Positions 57,801 through 64,000 of a DNA stretch of 64,000 bases are shown piece after piece. The DNA lies in assembly GCA_002269645.1 (NCBI GenBank), contig NIVC01001362.1, forward strand, positions 124,001-188,000, read 5' to 3'. The notes under the pieces are model-generated. The model did no database searches. It had not been told where the DNA came from and saw only the letters and a list, made by a program, of their open reading frames with translations. Numbering within the stretch: position 1 is the first letter of the stretch; every line of letters starts with the position of its first letter. Made by a program: the position numbers and the translations under genes. Origin of the DNA: Macrostomum lignano (taxonomy: Eukaryota).

Positions 57801-60800
57801 GAAGTAAAAAAACTTACCATCTGTTGTTGTTTCGCTGTTGCTGTTTACGAACGTTCTGTTTGATCATTACAGATCATGGTTGCATTGCCTTACACTCATT
57901 TCATTGAACTATCTAACCATGATTTCTATTACAGAATTTCAACTGTTACTGTTCATCTGACCATTATGTTAGTGCAATTGTATACTATGGTCAACAGTCA
58001 CAGTAGTCAAGGAAATCCTGGATCCTTTCATTTTTAGTAGGATACCGTAGTGATCTGGAATAGCTACACACGCCTTATAGATTTGACCCCGATTCATCAA
58101 ACCTATTGCATATATGAATGTCAAAACAAAACAGCCCTACTCTGATTTCTCTAGCATGGACGACGTCGGCACTTCAGCACAGTCTGCAGGGCCAGATCCG
58201 ACGGACGAAACGCACAATGCAACGCACTATATGAGAAATTGGCGGCTTGGCATACGTAAAAGGGCCGCACCCGCATTGACTGGCAAGCAGAATGCAAGCA
58301 TTGCGGCAACGCCGATTACGTGGGAAACGCGCGAATCCGGCAGATCTGCCATGCAACACTCTGGTCTCCAGCCCCAACAAGGATGGCAGCGACGCATCCG
58401 ACCAGAGCGACTCAGCCAGCCTCGACGAGGAGGGCACCCACGCATCTGTTCAGAGCGACTCAGCCAGCCTCGACGAGGAGGGCAGCGACGCATCCGATCA
58501 GAGCGACTCAGCCAGCCTCGACGAGGAGGGCAGCGACGCATCCGACCAGAGCGATCCATCCAGTTCCAGAGCGGATCCTATTTTCATAGACAGACCATTT
58601 CATAAAAGAACCGAAGCCCGAAGCGGATGGGCTCCTAACGACAGGAGAAGCGGCCACATTAATTGCGGACTACTGCTCCAAATGGAAAGCATGCAGAGAG
58701 CAGAAGAGAGAACTACTTGGTTTATTATGTAAGCTGATGCCTAGCGCAGATGTGCCGCGGTCACCGCATGTACTTTCTGAGGTTGTGAAAGCTCGCTTTC
58801 GACAAGAATGCAGATCTGTATTACCGACCTCGGAATGCTACAGTGTGTAAGCGAAATGTAGACAAAGTCGCCTCGGTCGAAATGCTCAACGTGCGGTAGC
58901 AAAGAAGTTGCCAGCTTTTGGCTCTGCGACGCAAAGGATCAACTTCGGAGCTGCATCCGACGCGGAATGCTGGAACATATTGTTTGGCCGGCTGATCAAC
59001 CATCAGATGACATGTTCAGACGACAACTACACTACGTCAACAGTGCATTGTACAGGAAGTTCCTAGCGTCGATTGAACCTCAACGTAGATGCGATTTTCG
59101 AACACGCTATGTTCCGACGGATTTTCGTTGCGGAAAAGCAGTAACGTCGAGTTCTGTCCAGTGTACATATCTGTAACGGAGGTGTACGAACGCATGAAGT
59201 ATAATTACGTGATTGTATGCGGAGTCTCGGCTGGACACGTTAAATTGCATGCGGAGAGTTTCCTACCAATTGTTGTTCGTCTGTTGAACAAGCCAAGGTT
59301 CCAAGGCGTCGAGTATGTAGACAGACACGGCGATAAGCAGATCCTTAGACTGCACCCTTTCCATGCCATCTTCGATGCCCCTGCTAGAGCGGATGCACTA
59401 GGTATGAAGCGATTTAACGCGATATACGGATGCGACAAATGTTACATTCGGACGAAGAAACAGACGTTTGGATCCGGACGTATGTTTCCACTTGAAATTA
59501 CCAACGCTATACTGAACGCCGCTGTCAGACGTGGGTGTACACAGACACAGTTCCGGTGCGTCACCGACACTAACATGCTTGCCGATCGGCACGAGTCTGA
59601 AAGTGACAGAATGCGCGTGGCTCGTATTGACGACAAGCTTGGAGTGCAAGCCAGATCTCCACTGAGTGAATTGGCCGGGTTCGACTACATTAGGGGTTGT
59701 CCGCCGTGCTATTTGCACCAAACCTGTGCTGGTCTGACCGGTTATCTGATGTACCAGTTGTTCCTAATACGACATCAAAAGCCAGACCAGACGGCGAGAA
59801 ATCCCGATTTGTACCGACGGATTAGCAGACTATGGGTGCTGTGCAGGCTGCCGACGCTATTGTTACAATGCCGCCACGTGAAGTCAACCCCAACGCATTG
59901 GTTCGCCTGTCAAACGACGACGGCTTTAGGCAAATACTAATAGAGCCGAAAGACAAGCGCGAAATCTTGCAGCGAACGGAAGCCATTCGTCAACGAACAG
60001 GATTCCGATATTGTTGCTACTTATTTAACGAGTTACTGACCAGCAGATCTGCTCAGCGTCAACCTCGTCGGCTTTTACAATTGATGCATGCGAGCCAAAC
60101 GGGATGATTGGTTGCAGTGTCCAAGGCAGCGTACGCTCGCAGATTGGGCCGTTGCGTCGTGGCGATGTTATTCTGTTGCGCCGACCGACAATTTTTGCAC
60201 CGCCCGGTCGTCCAGACAAACGCGCTGTCAATATTGTACTTAGTAACATCCTATATGTATATACGGGATGATGAGCTGCTGGCGTAGTTCCATCCTATAT
60301 CGCTGCTCCCTACGGCTCGCTGATGTCTGTCTGGTGGGCTGGCTTTACGTAATACACCGCCGATCGGCGGCAATCAAGTAACATCTTCCCCTCGCGCAGT
60401 CGGCATTTCGTGGACGCAACTGCACGACGACGCCATCGCAGCGCAAGCGGATACTTCATATGACACGCCATTCACTTTGTCTCCGGTCTACGAGCAGTCG
60501 TTCAACGAAAGCCACTTGTTTCCGGAGGGTTTCAACGCTTCGAACGACACAGTTGATGACGCCGTTGGACGATCTTCCATCGCACTAGCGACATCTGCAA
60601 TGCCAATTCGGTTGGATATTAACCGTTGGCACACGGGATTGCGAGGACAATCAGGTAAGAGTTTCCAGCGCAGTCGGCATTTCGTGGACGCAACTGCACA
60701 ACGAAGCCATCGCCGCGCAAGCCGGCGCATCAGATGGCACGCCATTCACTTCGTCTCCGGTCTACGAGCAGCCGATCAACAAAAGCCATGTGTTTCCGGA

Positions 60801-63012
60801 TGACAACTATGCTACAAATGACAATTCTATCAACACAGCTGACGTTACTTACTAGTGAACGGTCGTATAATATGGCAATGCCTGTCGGCGAACCGTCACT
60901 GTCTGTTAGAGCTAGACAATCGAGTGTGTATGTACATTACTGTTTTTTATAGCTGTGTATATTTCGGAGAAACTGCCTTCCATCGCCATTTAATTTAACG
61001 TTATAATGCAGAGTCGTTCCATTGTGCCGGCATATAATGCAAGCCCCCGTCGGTGGTCTCATTAATCGCCGTCCGCGCGCGCGACCCGATCTTTCAAACG
61101 TCTGGCTCACGCGTCGACTGCCGTCAGAGTCGCGTCCGAGTACAGCAGGTCCGACCTCGCCAGCGAGTTCACCAGGTCGAAGTAGATTACCAATTCAGTA
61201 GTATCAATTGGTAACCACAGTATAAGTAGGTCTACTTATAACTGGACTCCCGAAACTCAGACGCATGCCACGCTGTTCTCCAGAAGTTTCCGTTAATGTT
61301 GAGCTACCGTTTAGTTTGTATATATAAGGCGCTTACAAATGACATCCTGCTGTTAAATAGATGCTACTCATAAAATCTTGAAGCACCAACTTTTTACACG
61401 CTTCTTTCCTGCGAAATTTGATGTCAATGCCTTCCGGCTTTCTTTTGCATGGATTACCCGACTGTTACCTGGTCAGCGAATCCTGTTTGCCAGACAGGAT
61501 AACAAACAAGATAACAAACAGGATAACACGAGGATTCGCATGAATTACCCGACTGTTACCTGGTCAATGAATCCTATTTGAATCTTGTTTGAAACAAGGA
61601 AACTTAAGATTTCGTCACGCAAACAGGATTCATACAAGATAACATTTTGCATAACCGGAATAGGGCATGTTATCTTGTTTATCTTGTGATGTTATCTGGT
61701 TTATTTACCAGAGGGAATATAAGTACTGGTAGCTTATTAGTTAGTCAGTTAAAACGAAAATTGGAATCGACTCACCTGAGTCAGGAAGTGATAGAACGGC
61801 TTCTCGTGTTCCTTATATTTCACTACAACAGGCGCTGTCTCGTAGCGAAACCAAATGGCCGGCTTGCCGTAGGAAAAAGCGTGGTCATGGCCCGATGGCA
61901 GGAGCTGCAGTTTATCGTTTGGTTCTGGTTAGACTTCACGCCATTTGCTGTGGGAGCTCAGCTGCCATCCAATATCCTACAGTGGGAGCTCAGCTGCCAT
62001 CCAATATCCTACAGTGGGAGCTCAGCTGCCATCCAATATCCTACAGTGTGAGCTCAGTTGCCATCCAATATCCTACAGTGGGAGCTCAGCTGCCATCCAA
62101 TATCCTACAGTGGGAGCTCAGCTGCCATCCAATAACCTACAGTGGGAGCTCAGCTGCCATCCAATAACCTACAGTGGGAGCTCAGCTGCCATCCAATATC
62201 CTACAGTGGGAGCTCAGCTGCCATCCAATATCCTACAGTGGGAGCTCAGCTGCCATCCAATATCCTACAGTGGGAGCTCAGCTGCCATCCAATATCCTAC
62301 AGTGGGAGCTCAGCTGCCATCCAATATCCTACAGTGGGAGCTCAGCTGCCATCCAATATCCTACAGTGGGAGCTCAGCTGCCATCCAATATCCTACAGTG
62401 GGAGCTCAGCTGCCATCCAATAACCTACAGTGAGAGCTCAGCTGCCCTCACAGAGGTACCTAAAGTCACCCCGGAGCATTCAGCCTCACCCTGTACACAG
62501 ACGTGAACTGATACGGAAACAGCCTGAAGGATGGTGCGTCAAATATCGAGGGCACAATTTTGAGAAAATAATCGTGCGAAATGCCTTCAGGCTTATCCGT
62601 CACGGACCGATTATCAAGCGGCGTGAACGAAGAAACCTCTTTGAAAGCGTGACGCAGCTGACTGTTAGCCGTACTACCGAAGGACAGAGTGTGAATCACG
62701 TGATCCAGACTGGGCACAGAAGCGGCTAAATCTTCGCTACTACTACTACTACTATCCTCGTCCGGAACAGTAGTAATATGAAAATTTCCAGAGATTTTGG
62801 CAACGCGAAATGAACTGCGCAATAGGCAGCCAACGCCGCTGGGCAACTTCTCTTTGATGTTGCTCAGCTGAAAACCCACATCTTGCCGGCCGAGATCGTC
62901 TTGAATAACCAATGCCAAACGATTGCAAGGTATGTGCAGCACCGATATGTTGATGTACACGGGAATAAATTCGTACGATTTTACTGGATCATCGATGTAG
63001 ACTTCACTTTTG
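51849..63012 (-). CDS. ERGIC1: ER-Golgi intermediate compartment protein 1 (ERGIC-32), 3' part; upstream exons outside the window
   Basis: Exons 63012-62490, 61904-61776, 51956-51849. VYIDDP..IQDDLGRQDVG..GNFHIT..SHDYFLKIVP..PAIWFRYE..CAIIGGSFTVSGILDSLIF..FKKAQLGKLP-stop. The last intron (51957-61775) contains a transposon. Confidence 0.92.
52028..52064 (+). repeat. Left TIR of the CACTA element
   Basis: CCATCTGGTAAATAAACCAGATAACACCACAAGATAA. Confidence 0.9.
52617..54273. repeat. About 400-bp near-identical direct repeat (52631-53028 and 53876-54273, offset 1245) plus a diverged third copy at about 53350-53650
   Basis: Direct comparison of the sequence; duplicated ORFs in the track (52814-53050 vs 54059-54322). 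Confidence 0.92.
53055..53325. repeat. 58-bp tandem repeat (about 4.5 copies) inside the CACTA element
   Basis: GATAAGCTGACCTGCGATGGATAATCAATCCTCGCTTCTGTTGTGGCTCAAGGCAGCT. Confidence 0.9.
54952..56729 (+). pseudogene. Disrupted accessory/cargo ORF(s) inside the CACTA element; product unknown
   Basis: Successive + strand ORFs 54952-55575, 55651-55935, 55880-56071, 56085-56795. A 162-bp (54-aa) repeat recurs at 55356, 55518 and 55680; the TAA at 55573 corresponds to CAA in the first copy. Confidence 0.45.
56730..57030 (-). mobile_element. 5'-truncated mariner (Tc1/mariner) fragment nested in the CACTA element
   Basis: ORF 56792-57025 HPPYSHDLAPCDFFL..GQRF..KCIAVGGSYF is a mariner transposase C-terminus. 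Terminus TA|CGAGGGTCACTCCGAAAG at 56728-56747 resembles a mariner TIR with TA target. Confidence 0.88.
58292..60250 (+). pseudogene. Frameshifted CACTA/EnSpm transposase remnant
   Basis: ORF 59089-59940 has CSDG, FCPVYIS, DAPARA, FNAIYGCDKC, GVQARSPLSELAGFD..CYLH..G, as recalled for animal EnSpm transposases. Neighbouring pieces are in other frames with stops. An acidic 16-aa repeat segment lies upstream. Confidence 0.8.
58385..58560 (+). repeat. 48-bp repeat encoding QSDSASLDEEGSDASD
   Basis: Seen in ORF 58292-58732. Confidence 0.85.
61679..61715 (-). repeat. Right TIR of the CACTA element
   Basis: Reverse complement reads CCCTCTGGTAAATAAACCAGATAACATCACAAGATAA; 2 mismatches to the left TIR. 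Confidence 0.9.
61948..62445. repeat. 32-bp minisatellite GTGGGAGCTCAGCTGCCATCCAATATCCTACA
   Basis: ERGIC1 intron 61905-62489. Confidence 0.97.
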
Positions 63013-64000
63013 CTGCAAACAAAGATAATATTTTTTTTAACAATTTCCATTGAAATGAAAGTGTCAATAATTACAGACTTACATCTCAGTATCCAAATAG
63101 GAGCTAAACTCTGACAACAGCAGGTAAAGACAAAATGTAATAGTTGCTATGGATATTATAGCACCAGTTCGAGTTGGTTGAGTCAGATCTTTAGGTATTT
63201 TCCGATAGATGTCGAACCTACAAAATTAAATAGTAGTGACATAGTGTAAATCATTAAGTTAGTTGATTTTTTTTAAAACTGGTGTTCCACCATCATTACA
63301 GTTACGGTTACAGTAAATTACGGGAGCAGCACTTTTCCAGCCATATTTTCATTATGGATTACTGCTACGGCAATTTTTAGCTTATGGCTATGGTTAGGAA
63401 TTACACCAAATTTTCAGGCTTTGCCATATTGGTTATCCAATATTGTTGTCATTGAGTATAAAATTAAAAATTAGAATTAAATATTTAGGCTTGATAAGAC
63501 AGTCATAGTTACTCCTGCCATTTACCCAAAACTGCGTTAATTTTGCTTTAGGGTTTCTTTCACAGGTAAGTCATTTCACAGCGTGGCGCAGGTTGTGTAG
63601 GCGTCTGGCGTACTTAAGCCATGCGCTGCAATAGGGTGCTGCAGGTCCGCATGTGCAGACAATAGAGGGAATTAGCAAGTCTTGGCATAGAATGGCAGTA
63701 GGAAGGTTGCAACCCTATGCTGACATGTCCCTTCTCCCCAAGCAATTTAAACTAGAGTCAGTGCATGTTTGCCTCACACTACTCTTAGTAATTAAGGCCA
63801 CAAGTCAGCCTTGCTCATAGCCACAAAGGATCCCCTACTGAGAAATCCTCCAGATTGAGCCCAGAGTTCCCAATCATGCCCCAAGCAGAGTCCCTATACT
63901 TGGCTGCATGTGTTTCCCCTGCTAGTCTAAATTCCCTAGTAACCAATCCAGGCGGGGCTCTAGCCTCAAGAGGTCTAGTAGTAAGATCTAGGTGCACCAG

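Larger units (their letters stand above)
52028..61715 (+). mobile_element. CACTA/EnSpm-type DNA transposon (about 9.7 kb, decayed) in the last ERGIC1 intron, transposase antisense to the host gene
   Basis: 37-bp TIRs at 52028-52064 and 61679-61715 (35/37 identical; ends CCA..GGG). AA flanks both ends (52026-27, 61716-17). Subterminal GATAACA / AATCTTGTTTG repeats at both ends. Internal CACTA-like transposase remnants. Confidence 0.85.

Noticed and set aside
63540-64000. GC-richer block with a 60-aa minus-strand ORF at the window end
   Set aside because: No recognisable motif or splice structure; probably a repeat fragment in an ERGIC1 intron, but unsupported.

Overview
Eukaryotic, intron-rich animal genomic DNA, not prokaryotic. 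The gene set and the very heavy intronic minisatellite load suggest a flatworm such as Macrostomum; that is inference, not verified. Seven spliced or partial protein genes were reconstructed by hand. A + strand cluster holds endophilin A (3' part), HSD17B4/MFE-2 ending in PTS1 AKL, and a TIA-1/TIAR-like protein with only two RRMs visible. A convergent - strand cluster holds ERGIC1 (3' part), MPC2, an RDH/BDH-like SDR and an F-box/LRR protein. Almost every long intron and 5'UTR intron carries its own tandem repeat (2 to about 60 bp units), which produces nearly all the low-complexity ORFs in the track. The last ERGIC1 intron contains a 9.7-kb CACTA/EnSpm-type DNA transposon with 37-bp TIRs, an AA target duplication, a decayed transposase, cargo ORFs and a nested mariner fragment. 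Main hunt result: at four gene junctions an early AATAAA after the upstream stop is followed within about 30-125 nt by a splice acceptor opening a tiny non-coding exon of the next gene. This is the layout of polycistronic units resolved by spliced-leader trans-splicing, hidden here by minisatellite-inflated UTR introns. Other leads: an intronic array of CACGC-N7-GCGTG dyads coupled to TCAAGGTCA, a 9-nt endophilin microexon, and a tRNA-derived SINE with a CORE-like motif. Repeat boundaries are approximate and all homology calls are from memory, with no searches run.
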